From Chiloscyllium plagiosum (lineage: Eukaryota): 64,000 bases of DNA. Below are positions 48,681 to 61,945 of this stretch, piece after piece (position 1 is the stretch's first letter; each line of letters starts with the position of its first letter). The DNA lies in assembly GCF_004010195.1 (NCBI RefSeq), contig NC_057731.1, forward strand, positions 50,274,579 through 50,338,578, read 5' to 3'. The notes under the pieces were generated by a model. The model had not been told where the DNA came from. It worked only from the letters and a program-made list of their open reading frames with translations, and searched no databases. The position numbers and the translations under genes are program-made.

Positions 48681-49149
48681 ATTGGGAAGAGATTCATTGC
48701 AGGTGTCAATTCAGCTGCAAACAGACAAATCCCACTAAGCTGGACAGCAGAAAACAAGGGTTGGAGGACGATGGTGGGGTCAACCACGGCAAAGGCTGCA
48801 GACGGGTTGAGAAGAATTTCAAGGGTTAGTTAACTTTGTCAAAGTCACTTAATATATTATTTGTTTCCATAGTGTAATGAGAACACAACATCTAATAAGA
48901 AAGTTTCAAAGCGAATTTGGAAAGACTTAAAAGTAATGGTGACGAATAGATGTACTTATTTTTAGAGTTCAGAAATTAGTGATGGAAATAACGATGAGTT
49001 TATTTAGAAACTTGTAGACTCTTATAAATCTTAGACATTTAAATCAGAAACCGTACACGTTGTTTCAGACAGAAGATGTTGCTGAGGGCTAATTTTTGGA
49101 ACAAGAAGTGTTAGAAAAACTGAACAAGTCAGGTAGCAATCGTGGAAAG

Positions 49150-49280
49150 TGAAGTTAAAAGTCATGAAGATGCAGCGATTCGAAAGCTAGTGCCTCCAAA
49201 TAAACCTGTTAAGACTCTAACCTGGTGTTGTGTGATTTTTAACTTTGTTCACCGCAGTCCAACACCGCTCTTCCAAATCG
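49150..49280. mobile_element. PLE family C fragment
   Basis: cgaaagctagtgcctccaaataaacctgtt..cctggtgttgtgtgatttttaactttg. Confidence 0.75.
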
Positions 49281-50864
49281 TGGAATGTGAAACAAGAGTT
49301 AACATGGAAGCCTTACACCAAAACTGCAGACTGTGGAAGCTGGGTTTGGATAAATTCTACTGATCCGTTCTGATCTTTGTACACGTCTTGTTTGACGTTC
49401 AAATAATTGGACATTTTAGGGAGGGGAGGTTGAGGGCGAAGAACAACGGTGGATGCGATAGATTAAAAGTCTGGAAGTGGAAAACTAAACGAATTAAAGT
49501 GTTTCGGGATGCATTGAGGGAATGATCGAAATAAAAGCTTAAATTCAAGAGGATCAAGTTAATATTTAATCCGATTTGGATCTAAAAGGGAAATTTGCTT
49601 ATGTTCAGTTCCCTCCCGAACCGTGGTTAGAATATCATTGTCGCAGACATGGTTCCAACAATCCAGAGCCAAAAAACTCTCTTGGAATAAATTACATTTA
49701 ATGGAATTCAAGAGCCTGGGGCTTTGGAGTAATACGGTAGTAGCACATGTCAGAGACCAGACAAAGCAGTGACTAGAGCTCAGTGAAACCCGCAGACACA
49801 CATTAAAAAGACGGTAATCTTGGTGAAATGCAAATCTGGACAAACGGGATACATAGCTGACTGCTCACTCAATGCAAAGAGATTAGTATCTGTCCAGTCC
49901 ATTTTGAAACGACCAACAGGAAGCTGAATATTTAAAGTGAGGAGACGGGTTTCAGCATTGGTCTGCGAGTAGACAACGTAAGGATAAAGTATTAACATCG
50001 TTACCACGGTCCGGAAGAGAATGAATATTCTCTCCACAGGAGGTTTTAAGGTTATGGGATGTCTCGGTTAGCAACAACAGCGGAAGTAGAATCCAGAACA
50101 GATTTAAAATTTATTTGGTAGAAGGAAAGTTCAGATGTGTGCTGAGAGGAATAAAGACATTGGAAATTTAAGATATACACCAGGTTCAATGGACAAAATG
50201 ATCTCCCATACTACCTTGTTTTTTTGTGTGAAGGTATTTCGTACAGCTGTGATAAATGCGGACCTTCTATTATGAATGAATGTAATTGCTATCTTAAAAG
50301 CATTTCTAAAATTGCTACCGTACATAATGCAACTTTCATCGCATCCTTGTATAATCTCAATGTTCGTCAAACTTAACTACTGATCAGTACCCATATTCTT
50401 ATCGCTATGATTATTTGTAAACTCACACGCACAGCCCGGACACTTGGCACTTCTTAGCATAGGCGTCTTGACAGTTAACATGTTAATACTCTTTGTTTCT
50501 ATCTCCTGCTTTTCTTGAAAACTTGTCTCATCCCTAAATGGATCGTAGGCTTACTTACTTGCAGTTGACATTTAGATTCTAAACCGCTGCCAGGATGTGG
50601 TCAGGTTGGGCAATAGGAGATTGTTTGACGATGTCACTGATTGTCCTTCTTTGTTCGGAATGCTCCCTACAGTAAAGTAGCGATCAGAATTTACCAGGCC
50701 TGCGAATGGAAACATATTTTCAGCAATTAGTTCCAATTCTATGATATTCCAGATCAAATATAAAATGAATGTAAAAACAGTCTTTTAGTTGAATTTTACT
50801 GACTGAAGCCTGAAATTTATAAACAATCTTCAAATAGCAATCTTCCCTTACCAATTGCATTTAA

Positions 50865-52800
50865 CTTAGAGTTACAGTCATAGAGTTCAGACAGCACGGA
50901 AACAGACCCTTCGGTTCAACTCATCCGCGCCGAACAGTCATCCCAATCTGACCTAGTCCCATTTGGCCCTCTATACCCTTCCTATTCATGCACCCATCCA
51001 GATGCATTTTAAATGTTGTAATTGCACCAGTGTCCATCACTTCCTCTGGCAGCTCATTCCATACACACATCACCCTTTGCGAGGAAAAAGTTACCCTGCA
51101 GGTCCTTTTTAAATCTATCCCCTCTCACCTTAAGTTTATGTTCTATGGTTTTGGACTCCCTAAGAAAAAGACCATGGCTATTCTCCTTATCTATGCCTTT
51201 CATGAATTTAAAACATCTATAAGGTCACCCCTCAGTCTTTGACGCTCCACGGACAAAACGTCAGCCTTTCCAGCCTCTCCCAATAACTCAAACCCTCTGG
51301 AAGCGGCAACATCCTTGTAAATCTTTTATACACTCTCCCAAGTTTAGCAACATCCTTCGTATAGAAGGCCGACGAGAATTGTATGCTTTATTCCAAAAAT
51401 GGTCTCACCGGTGTCCTATACTGGTGCAACATGAAATTCCAATACCTATACTTGATGTCATGGCAAATGAAGGCAAGCGTGCTAAATGCCTTCTTTACCA
51501 ACCTGACTACCTGCAACCCCATTTTCAAAGAACTATGCGCCTGCCCCTCTCGGTCTCTTTGTTTGGCAACACTCCCCAGGGCCCTACCATTAATTGTTTA
51601 AAGCCTGCCATGGTTTGTCTTATCAAAATGCAACACTTCACATTATCTAAATTAAACTCCATTTGCCACTCCTCGACCCATTGGTCCATGTGATCATGGT
51701 CCCATTACAGTCTGAGATTATCTTCACTGTCCACTACACATTTCATTTAGCAAACTTACAATCCATACCTCCTCTATTCACATCCAAATCATTTACATAA
51801 ATGAGAAAAAGCAGTGGACCCAGCACCTATCCTAGAGCTATACCATTGGTCACAGGCTTCCAGTCCAAAAAACAACCCTCCACCTCCACCCTCTGTCTCC
51901 TACCTTCAAGCCAATTTTGTATCTAATTGGCTAGCTCTCTCTGGATTCCATGTGATTTAACCTTACTAACCAGCCTACCACGTGGAGCCTTGTCTAACAC
52001 TTCGCTGAAGTCAAAATAGACAACTTCTATTACTCTACGGTCGTCAATCTTCATTGTCACATCTTTAAAAAAAACTCAGTCAAGTTAGTGAGACATGATT
52101 TCCCACACACAGAGTCTTACTGACTATCCCTGATCACATGCGTGTAAATCTTGTTGCTCAGAATCCCCTCCAACGACGTACCATTGACAGAAGGCTTATT
52201 GGTGTACAGTTGCCTGATTTTTCCTTACAGCCTTTCTGAAATAATGGCACCATATTAGCTATCCATCAGCCTTCTGGCACCTCACCCATGGCTATCAATC
52301 ATACAAATATCTCAGCAGGCGTCCCAGTAATCTCTTCCCTAGCTTCTTGCAAAGGTCTGGGAAACACCTTATCAGATCCTGGGGATTCATTTACCTTTAT
52401 ATGTTTTTAAGACCTCCAGCAGCTCCTCTTCGATAACTTGAACTATTTTCAAGACATCAATGTTTATTTCCCCAAGTTCCATTTCTTTCAAGTCCTTTCC
52501 GTTGTAGAAACTGACACAAAATATTCGTTTACTATCTCAGCTAACTATTGTCGATTCACACATATATGACTAAGTAAATCTTTAAGGGATCCTATTCTCT
52601 CCCTACTTATTTTTTTGCCCTTATTAGAGTCTCTTTGGATTCTCCCTAATGCTATTTGCCAAGCTATTTCATGTCCCCCTTTTGCCCTCCTGCTTTCCAT
52701 CTTAAGTATACTTTTACTGACATCATACTCTTCTTGGAATTCACTCGACCCTCGCTGTCTATACCTGATATATGCATCTTTCTATTTCTTGACCAACTTC
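50865..52800 (-). mobile_element. CR1 LINE, ~1.9 kb decayed ORF2 and 3' UTR
   Basis: 3' tail at ~50865-50960 with continuous decayed RT features upstream, including a PGSD/PGPD-type motif near 52380 and a WQMEFN motif near 51660. Confidence 0.85.
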
Positions 52801-52807
52801 TAATTGA

Positions 52808-53935
52808 TTTAGACTTATAAAATGATGAGAGGCGTAAGCAGGATAGACAGGAAGAAACTTTACCCCTTATTGGATAGATCGATGATTAAGGTAGAGGATG
52901 AAGGTTTGGAGGTGACGTGAGCAAAGATTTTTACACGCAGAGGGTAGAAGAATGTGAGTGAGGGCGGTATTTAGATGTACACTTGTGATAGCAAGGTATA
53001 CAAGGCTATGGGCCAAGTGCTGGAAAAGGCTTTGGAATAGTTAAATATTTTTGACTAGCTTAGACACTGTGGGCCAAACGGCGTTTTCACGTGCTGTGGA
53101 CTTCTATGACTTTGATGTTATTAACCGTCTACAAAAAGGCCATATTAAAAAAAATCTTCTCAGCAGAAATGCGTTAAGTATCGATGTTTCTGTTATTATA
53201 TCTGTTTCACAGAATGTTATGCTATTGGGTACTACTGCATAAAAAAACTCGCAGCATATTCTTGCTGCAGCGCATACTGCGATTTTGTTTACAACATGCT
53301 ATGTAAGCTACATAGTGCCTCACAGCAGGGAGTAGAGTCCCAACCTAATTAACCTTTCATCATAAGATAAATCCTCCATATCAGAGATCATCTTTGTGAA
53401 ACTTTTCTGAACTATAGAAAGGATGTTGTGAAACTTGAAAGGGTTCAGAAAAGATTCATAAGGATGTTGCCAGGGTTAAGGGTTTGAGGTACAGGGAGAG
53501 ACTGATTAGGCTGGGGCTGTTTTCCCTGGAGCGTCAGACGCTGAGGGGGTGACCTTATAGAGGTTTATGACATCACGAGGGGTATGGATAGGGTAAATAG
53601 ACAAGATCTTATCCCTGGGATGGGGGAGTCCGGAACTAGAGGGCATAGGTTTAGGCTGAGAAGGAAATGATTTAAAAGGGAACTAAGGATCAATGTCTTC
53701 ACACAGAGGGTGGTGCGTGTATGGAATGAGCTGCCAGAGGAAGTAGTGGAGACTGGTACAATTACAACATTTAAAAGGCATCTGGATGGGTATATGGATA
53801 AGAAGGGTTTCGAGTGATATGGACCAAGTGCTGGCAAATGAGACTAGATTAATTTAGGATATCTGGTCAGCATGGACGAGTCGGACCGAAGTGTCTATTT
53901 CCGACCTGTACATCTTTACGATGACTCTATGACTA
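52808..53935 (+). mobile_element. Two CR1 LINE 3' ends (~52808-53115 and ~53415-53935)
   Basis: RKDVVKLERVQKRF...FTQRVVRVWNELPEEVVE motif and tail ggtcagcatggacgagtcggaccgaag..atgactctatgact. Confidence 0.85.
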
Positions 53936-53939
53936 TAAC

Positions 53940-54372
53940 ATCTTTTCATCACTTTGGGAGCCAAAACGTTTCACAATACTCCAGATAGGGGCTTGCCATC
54001 ACCTTGTACAGTTACTGTAATACTTCCCTGCTCTTATATTCCAACACCCTTGAAAAAAGGGCCAAGATTCTCTTAACCTTCCTGATTACCTGCTGTACCT
54101 GTGTGCTAGCTTTCTGCGTTTCACGTGACTACAGCACATTCGCTTCTTTGTTCAAAGCCATTAATATATACTGTAAAGAGTTGTGGTCCCAACACTGATC
54201 CATGTGGAACCCCACTGGTCACAGTTCGCAAACCTGAAAAAACCCTTATTCCCACATTGATTTTCCTGTCCATGAGACAATTCTCTCTCTATACCACCAT
54301 ACTGCCTCCAACACCATGGGCTCTTATCACCTAATCTTTGGTGAGGCGCCATGTTGAACGTCTTCTGGAAGT
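53940..54372 (-). mobile_element. CR1 RT fragment
   Basis: VTSGVPHGSVLGPQLFTVYIN motif on the minus strand near 54160-54222. Confidence 0.75.
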
Positions 54373-55027
54373 CCAGAGACTCTACTTCAGGTCATTTTCA
54401 AACCAGGGTGTTGAGAGGGGTTATTACAAACTTCAAGAGATTCGAACTGAGCCTCCTACCGGAGAGGTAAGGGCACTACCACTGTCCCACAAACGCCTTG
54501 TACCGCTACCAGGTAACCTGAGATAGCCTTAACTTTATATTCGCTATCAAATGACCACATGCATCAGGATTGGTTTCTAAAGCATTTTCAGATGTCCATT
54601 CGCGTTTGTCAGAGATATCTGGGGAATCCCAGCAGGGGACGCTGGAAGTGGATACGGAATTCTGGTGAAATGCATGGTTCAAGAGTTTTAATCGGGACTT
54701 TTGTTTTATTGCATTAGCCACCAGCTCCTCACTGAACTTCTGCCAAGGCCCTTAAGACGTAGTGGTGATGTTGGATATTTTACTCCCGCATTGCCCGAGA
54801 TTACCATATGGGACTCTCCTTCTCAACCTCTCCCTCACCTGAGGCACGGTGATCCTCAGGTTAAACCACCACCAGTCACCTCTCACGCATGAGAAGAGAG
54901 TCCTGTGGGACAATGGCGAGTTTACATTTCTAATACTCGATTAATAATCCCAATGATCTGAATTCAGATTCTAGCAATGTCGCTTCCAATCGGTTTAAAA
55001 TCCACCAACAAGTCTGATATTAGTTAA

Positions 55028-55265
55028 AACTAAAAATCACACAACACCAGGTTATAGTTCAACAGATTTGTTTGGAAGTACCAACTTTCAGAGCTCTGCT
55101 CCTTCATCAGGTAGCTGGGGAATAGGGCCATAACACATCCACAACTACCTGATGAAGGAGAAGCGCTCGGAAAGCTAGTGCGTCCAAATAAACGTATTGG
55201 ACTATAACCTGGTGCTGTGTGATCATTAACTTTGTCCATCCCAATCCAATACCAGCACGTCCCTA
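55028..55265. mobile_element. PLE family C fold-back with two opposed hammerhead-like cores
   Basis: Inverted arms. Plus strand CTGATGAAGGAGAAGCGCTCGGAAAGCTA at 55149; minus strand CTGATGAAGGAGCAGAGCTCTGAAAG at ~55085-55110. Confidence 0.8.
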
Positions 55266-56679
55266 TCAGTTAGAATAACCACACGGTTGTTAGTTTGTGG
55301 TCAAGTACAGCTACTTCGCTTTAGGGAAATAGATGTTATTATCCTTGTCAGGTCAGGTTGTATGTGTCTTCAGTCTTGCCCTCTGACGTAGTGTATTGTT
55401 GCCATTGCTGCCCTCAATTCACGAACAAAACTTCACTACGACCCACACAACTTCATAAACGCAGATGCTCCTGGGCCTCGTTGTGCGATCTTGCTGTCCA
55501 CATTAGATGCAACGTCCCTACCTGTCAGGTAGGAGGCCCGAGTTCAAATCTCCTGAAGCATGTAGCAACGTCTTTGAAGAGGTTGGTTCGAAAATGGTGA
55601 AGAAGAGTCGAAACTACAACTCTGTTTTCTCAGCACAGATGTTGCCAGACCTGTTGAGTTTCTCCAGCAATCTCCGTGTTTTGTCTGCTTCAGAGCTCCA
55701 GCATCAGTAGTCCTTTATTTATGCGATTAGGAAATACCTGCAAGATGTAGCCAGGAACTTTGAGGTCGTGTTTCTTTCTTTATATTGTGCGGGGACATCC
55801 TTTTGTGTCTGTGTGTGGGAATATCCGTTATTTTGTCTGGGTGACTCCCCGTCTACGTGTGAACATTTTATTTTGTGCAGACGGACTTACGTGACTGAAT
55901 GTGTATGTGCACCCGTGTGACTACATGTCTCGGTGAATGCACCTCTATGGAAATGGACAGATGTATCCCAGTCTGTTTGTGGGTGATGTGTGTGCGTGAA
56001 CTATGACTATTACCTTACTGAAGGAATCATGCTTCTTGTAAATCAATGTCACCAGGTTCCAGTGCTTTGTAGCAACCACGTGGTACGACACAGATTACGC
56101 TTAGTTAGACACACATGAAATGGGAACACGAAGAGAAATTGCTGAAAAAGTTCAACAGGTCTGGCAGCATATGAAATGGAACTCGAACTCAGATTTTCGA
56201 TTCAAGTTCAAGAACTTACAACTGAAGAGCTGACATCTGCCATTCAGGTAAGTGCTTGCGTTAAAACTCGGCAACGGGTGGAATATATTGGGAAAGCGTC
56301 TGTATGTTATTCTGATCGCCTGTGGAAATTTGGCTTGTTGTCTAGATGTATTCCAAATAAAATTGTTCCTCGTCTGGAGTTTGTCTGGCAAAGCCCGTAA
56401 ACTTTCCATGCTCGACTGGGGGTGGGAGTGGGTGCATGCACAGGAAACATTGACAAATGCGTTATTTGGAAGCTCATACGGTCCTCTCTCCTAAGATAAA
56501 AAGGTCAGGATGATGCTAAAATGCCGCAACAGAGACCAAGGCAGAGCGCTCAACATTGGAGCATGTCTCAGCGAGAACTCGCCGGAAGGGCAATTATCAG
56601 ACTCGGTTCTACATTCTCACACATTTTAGAATAATACGGAGAGGCGTTTGTACGAGTGTTTTTTTCTCCCTTTAATAAT

Positions 56680-56945
56680 GTCAAAGGTCAATGAGGAATG
56701 CTTCTGTCGAAATAAAATGGAGCTGAGCGGAGAATTCTCCCAGCTGTCCCTTCACAATATATCCCTTAACCAACATCGCCGAAACAGATAATCTAATCAT
56801 TTCCCTCGTTGCTATTTGTGAGATCTCGCTCTGTCCGAATTTCCCTGCATTACAACCGCCGGTCACTGCATCATGTGCAAAATGATTTGGGCCCGCCGGA
56901 AGTCCTGAGAGGCGCTATAGTAACGGCAGTTCTTTCTTTATCTTT
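56680..56945 (+). mobile_element. Deu-domain SINE relic
   Basis: caatatatccct.aaccaacatc..aaacagat.atct..tcatt..gttgctatttgtgagatctcgct..ttccctgcattacaac..gtcctgagaggcgctat..ttctttc. Confidence 0.65.
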
Positions 56946-57169
56946 CGCGCTCTTTGTTGTTTTACAATAGCTTCCGTTTTCTATTAATTCTGCTGTTTGT
57001 GTTTCAAATAACCTTTTGCCCTTCCTTCTCCCTACATTGTTGAAGTAAACACTCAGTACACTGTCTCCCACGATAACTGTGGGACTCATAATTTCCCACT
57101 TTCTATCCCTCTATCATCTACAGACATTGAAGCCAAATCCTAGACTCAGCAATTATCCAAATCGTTACA

Positions 57170-58470
57170 AACATATGAAATCGAAGTAGGTCATTCAGCC
57201 CATCTCGTCCACTCCATTACACAATAATGGTGTATGTTCTGTGTATATTCCAAATTCCACATTCCCGTCTCCCCTGCCGACGCTTGATTCCCCTGCCTAA
57301 GAATCTGTCCACCTATTTCTTAAAAATATACAATGACTCCATATCCATTACCTGTTGAGACTGAAAATTCCAAAGTTACATAATACTCTAAGAGAAAAAA
57401 ATCTCTTCATCTTTGTCATGAAAGGTTGGTCCTTAATTTTACAAACATGCCCCTTCGTTTTGGGCTGACCCACAAGATAAAGTATCATTTCTATGTCCAC
57501 CTTGTCAAGACCATTCAGGAACTTAGACACTTTAATCAAGTTGTCCTCTGTTTTCTAAACTTCAAAGGATACAAGCCCAGATTGTCAATCAATCCTTATC
57601 AGATACCCAGTCCAGGTAGCAATTTACTAAATCTACTCTGAACCAATGAATGCATGTACACCCTTCCTAAAAACTGGAGATCAATATTTATCCTGGACAC
57701 AGCAGTTGAGATGTGGTCTCATCAATGTCCTGTATCACTGAGGCATAACATCTTTATTGTTTTTACCTATCTTTATTGTTATCTCTGATTTAAGTAAAGC
57801 AAGTCTACAGGCTCCCCATTACCCACAGCAAATGTTATTTCTTCAAAAAACTCCAATAAATTGGATAAACATGATTTCTCTGACAAAACTATGCTGACTC
57901 TTCTTGATGACCTTGAGCTTTCTAAATGTGCAGTTACAGTCTCTTTAAAGATCAATTTTCGTACCTTCTCTACAAAGCAATTGCTCTGCAGTTTCCTGGT
58001 TTCTACTTTCTCTCCTTAAGTAGGGGGATTATATTTTACAACTTTTGTGTCCAATGGGGCCTTTGTTGAATCTGGGGATATTTGGAAAATTAATACTAAA
58101 CTACTACCTCATTAGCAACTTCTTTTAAGAGCCTAGGAACAAGTTCACTTGGATCTAGAGACTTGTCAGGCCACAGCTCCACCAGATTCCTTGGTACCAC
58201 TTCCCTGGTGTTTGTAATTTCACTAAGTTCATCTCTCCCATCAGACTTCTGGTTTACAGCTATTAATGAAACATATTTTGAATCATCTATCATGAAGACA
58301 GTAGAAAAATGATTGTTTATTTTCATTGTCTATTATTATCTACCATAAATTCCCCACTTGCACGCTCTAGGGAACCAACATTCACTTCACTTACTCCTTT
58401 CTTTTTAAATGCCTGTAGAAACTCTTGTTATCCATTTTATATTTCTAACTAACTTGCTCATTACTTCTCT
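57170..58470 (-). mobile_element. CR1 LINE fragments
   Basis: IKVSKFLNGLDKVD..KTKGH..K C-terminus and DKSLDPSELVPRLLKEVA (decayed PGPD..PR.LKE). Confidence 0.8.
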
Positions 58471-58893
58471 GTTTATTCACATATGATTGTTTTTCTTTCA
58501 ACCTTGTTGAGAATCTTATGTAGTGGAGTGTGACATTTCACCTGCTTTTTTAAAAAGAAAACCTTGACTCAGTCCAATGAGTTTTAAGTCAGAAAAACTA
58601 GTGGAAATGCACTGTATAATTTCCCCGGTAATTCCCCAGAATGATTTCGTTTGGTTGCTAACTTTCTTTCTTCACCCCACGCACCCTCTCACCCCCATAC
58701 CTCCACCAGCCTTCACACAGACACGTAATAACATATGATGGAAAACAAAGAATCCATCTTCAGAAAACAAATCTGTGGAGAAATTGGCTGAAAACAGTCA
58801 ACTGGGTAACATTACCAATGTTCTACCACTCACCTGTCTGATTAGGCAATTCATCCAACTGGTCTGGGAATATTTACAGAGACTAACTACAAT

Positions 58894-59113
58894 AAAGTTA
58901 AAAATCACACAACACCAGGTTATAGTCCAACAGGTTTAATTGGAAGCACTAGCTTTCGGAGTGCCGCTCCTTCATTAGATGGTTGTGGATGATCTGATGA
59001 AGAAGCGGCGCTTCGAAAGCTAGTGCTTCCAATTAAACCTGTAGGACTATAACCTGGTGTTGTGTGATTTTTAACTTTGTACACCCCAGCCCAACACCAG
59101 CATCTCCAAATCA
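58894..59113. mobile_element. PLE family C fold-back with a 14-bp target-site duplication
   Basis: Inverted arms of about 87 bp (58894-58980 / 58992-59078). TAACTACAATAAAG at 58884-58897 and 59114-59127. Plus-strand core CTGATGA-A-GAAGC(GGC)GCTTC-GAAA-GCTA at 58994-59022. Confidence 0.9.
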
Positions 59114-59708
59114 TAACTACAATAAAGATAAGTCAAGAAATTCAGAAATCCTACTTGGAGTTTACACAATAAATGCTTCAACTTTTCTCTCTCTCCTTTC
59201 TCATCCTTCTCGATTTTAAAACAATAATATTTTACATAAGGAAATCCATGACCTCAAAGCTGAGCTCAACAAATGAAGGGATTGCTATATTGGTCGCCAA
59301 GTTACGGCTTCCATTTGACACCACAACAAACAGTGGCCTCTGCAACTGACACATGATAATTATAGGTAAAACAAACAAACAGATTAACTATCTGATAGCA
59401 CTTTGCATTATCTCCAAGCTTCTCTGATGCATTAAAGGAATTGCACCCAGTATGTCTGCATTTTGTCAAGACCGCTGCAGGTTGTGTGAGACTCTTACTC
59501 TCATAATTACTGGGGGACGGTGGGGGAGGGAATTTCTGGTATTGCAATTTGATGTAAAACAGCTCCTGGGGCATAGTAATACCTCTGAGCCAAGCAGGTC
59601 GGGGTTCAAGTCTTACCTGCACTGGAGGTGCGTAATAGTATCTCTGAAAAAGGTTGTTCCAAGATGTAAAAAAAATCTCATGAAAAGACAAAACACTTTA
59701 AAAAAAAG

Positions 59709-59839
59709 AAAGTTAAAAATCATACAACACCAGGTTTAATTGGAAGCACTAGCTTTCGGAGGGCCGCTCCTTCATCAGGTGGCGTTGTGTGATTTTTAAC
59801 TTTCTACACCCCCGTCCAAAACCGGCATCTCCATATCAT
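59709..59839. mobile_element. PLE family C short fold-back
   Basis: aaagttaaaaatcatacaacac ... gttgtgtgatttttaacttt, with an internally deleted arm. Confidence 0.8.
59747..59781 (-). ncRNA. Minimal type I hammerhead ribozyme motif (PLE family C)
   Basis: Minus strand CAC-CTGATGA-A-GGAG(CGGCC)CTCC-GAAA-GCTA-GTG. Intact core, stem II, palindromic AGCT stem III, CUA triplet, 3-bp stem I. Confidence 0.68.
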
Positions 59840-59949
59840 AAAAAAATTCTCTAAATTGTTACATTGCCTGCAATGCTGTACGAGCATAAATTTGCACTAA
59901 TTAAATATTGGGAAGTCTGAAGCTTTGTCTTTGGAACCTGCCATAAATT

Positions 59950-60270
59950 CTTCCCAAAGTATCATCTCCATCATCTCCCTGGCAAGTGTTTGAGGCTGAT
60001 CCAGATTGCTTAAGAATATTGTGTCTTTCTTGACCCCTTGGTGAGCTTCAGCCATCATCAATCCATGTCATACTTATCACCACCAGCGTTCATCTCGACA
60101 GCATCATTCTGCTCCTCAGCTGATCTGCTGTAACCCTAACTGTGCCCTTCTTATTCCGAGACTCGACTATTCCAATACATTTCAGTCAACATTGCACCTT
60201 CTACTTTGCATAAACTTGACGTCATCCAAAATCTTGCTGCTGTTGTCCTAACATGTACTAAACCTAGATT
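59950..60270 (+). mobile_element. L2-like LINE RT C-terminal fragment
   Basis: RLDYSN..L..LDVIQN.AA.VL-type motif (agactcgactattccaat..aaacttgacgtcatccaaaat). Confidence 0.6.
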
Positions 60271-60489
60271 TTGTACAATGCAATGAAAGGCATAATGAAC
60301 ACTGTTACTTCTTAGACTGTGGATTAAAAATTGAGGAAATGTGCTCACTAAAGTAAAGAAAGTGTGAGAGAAGATTTTGCAGTTTTTAAAACAAATTACT
60401 GGAACACATTGTGGGTTGTATCTAAAATGCTGCCTTATTCCCTTATTCAAGCAGTAGGGAGAATGTCAGACAGTGTGTGCGAATATCTT

Positions 60490-61226
60490 CTAGAACATAG
60501 AACATAGAAACTAGAATGTTACAGCGCAGTACAGGCCCTTCAGCCCTCAATGTTGTACCGAACTGTGAAATTAATCTGATGCCCATCTAACCTGCACCAT
60601 TCCATTATTATCCATATATATGTTTAATGCCCACTTAAATGCCCTTAACGTTGGTGAGTCTGCTACTGTTGCAGGCAGGCCGTTCCATGCCCCTATTTCT
60701 CCCTGAGTAAAGAAACTACCCTTGATACCTGTTCTAAATCTTTCAGCCCTCAATTTAAAGCTATGTCCCCTCGTGTTAGCCTTCACCATCCAAGGAAAAA
60801 GATTCTCACTGTCCACCCTATCTAACCCTCTGATTATCTTATACATCTCGATTAAGTCACCTTTCAACCTTCTTCTCTCCAACAAAAACAGTCTCAGTTT
60901 CCTCAGCCTTTCCTTATAAGACCTTTGTTCCATACTAGGCAACATCCTAGTAAATCTCCTCTGCACACTTTCCAAAGCTTCCACATCCTTCCTATAATGC
61001 AGTGACCAGAACTGTACAAAATACTCCAGGTGCGGCCTTACCAGTGTCTTGCGCACCTGAAGCACGACCTTGTGTCTCTGAAACCCAATCCCCCTACAAT
61101 AAATGCCAACACACCATATGCCTTCTTAACAATCCTATCAACATGGGTGGCAACTTTCAGGAATTTATGCACCTGGACAACGAGATCTCTCTGTTCATCT
61201 ACCCTGCCAAGAACTTTACCATTAGC
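60490..61226 (-). mobile_element. CR1 LINE 3' end
   Basis: ORF 60571-61065 KTLVRPHLEYFVQFWS..RKDVEALESVQRRFTRMLP..GDLIEMYKII, ending in a (TTCTATG)n tail. Confidence 0.9.
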
Positions 61227-61945
61227 CCCTCTCACGCTAAACCTATGTCCTCTAGTTCTGGACTCCCCGACCCCAGGGAAAAGACTTTGTCTATTTACCC
61301 TATCCATGCCCCTCATAATTTTGTAAACCTCTATTAGGTCACCCCTCAGCCTCTGACGCTCCAGGGAAAACAGCCCCCGCCTGTTCAACCTCTCCCTGCA
61401 GCTCAAATCCTCCAACCCTGGCAACATCCATGTAAATCTTTTCTGAACCCTTTCAAGTTTCACAACATCTTTCCGTTAGGAAGGAGATCAGAATTGCACG
61501 CAATATTCCAAAAGTGGCCTAATCAATGTCCTGTACAGCCGCAACATGACCTCTCAACTCCTGTACTCAATACTCTGACCAATAAAGGAAAGCATACCAA
61601 ATGCCTTCTTCACTATCCTATCTATCTGCGACTCCACTTTCAAGGAGCTATGAACCTGCACTCCAAGGTCTCTTTGTTCAGCAACACTCCCTAGGACCTT
61701 ACTATTAAGTGTATAAGTCCTGCTAAGATTTGCTTTCCCAAAATGCAGCACCTCGCATTTATCTGAATTAAACTCCATCTGCCACTTCTCAGCCCATTGG
61801 CCCATCTGTTCCAGATCCTGTTGTAATCTGAGGTAACCCTCTTCGCTGTCCATGACATCTCCAATTTTGGTGTAATCTGCAAACTTACTAACTGTACGTC
61901 TTATGCTCGCATCCAAATCATTTATGTAAATGACAAAAAGTAGAG
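61227..61945 (-). mobile_element. CR1 LINE RT fragment (second copy abutting the first)
   Basis: LFVIYINDLD..VSKFADYTKIG..WAEKWQMEFNSDKCEVLHFG and KLERVQKRFTWMLPGL. Confidence 0.9.
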
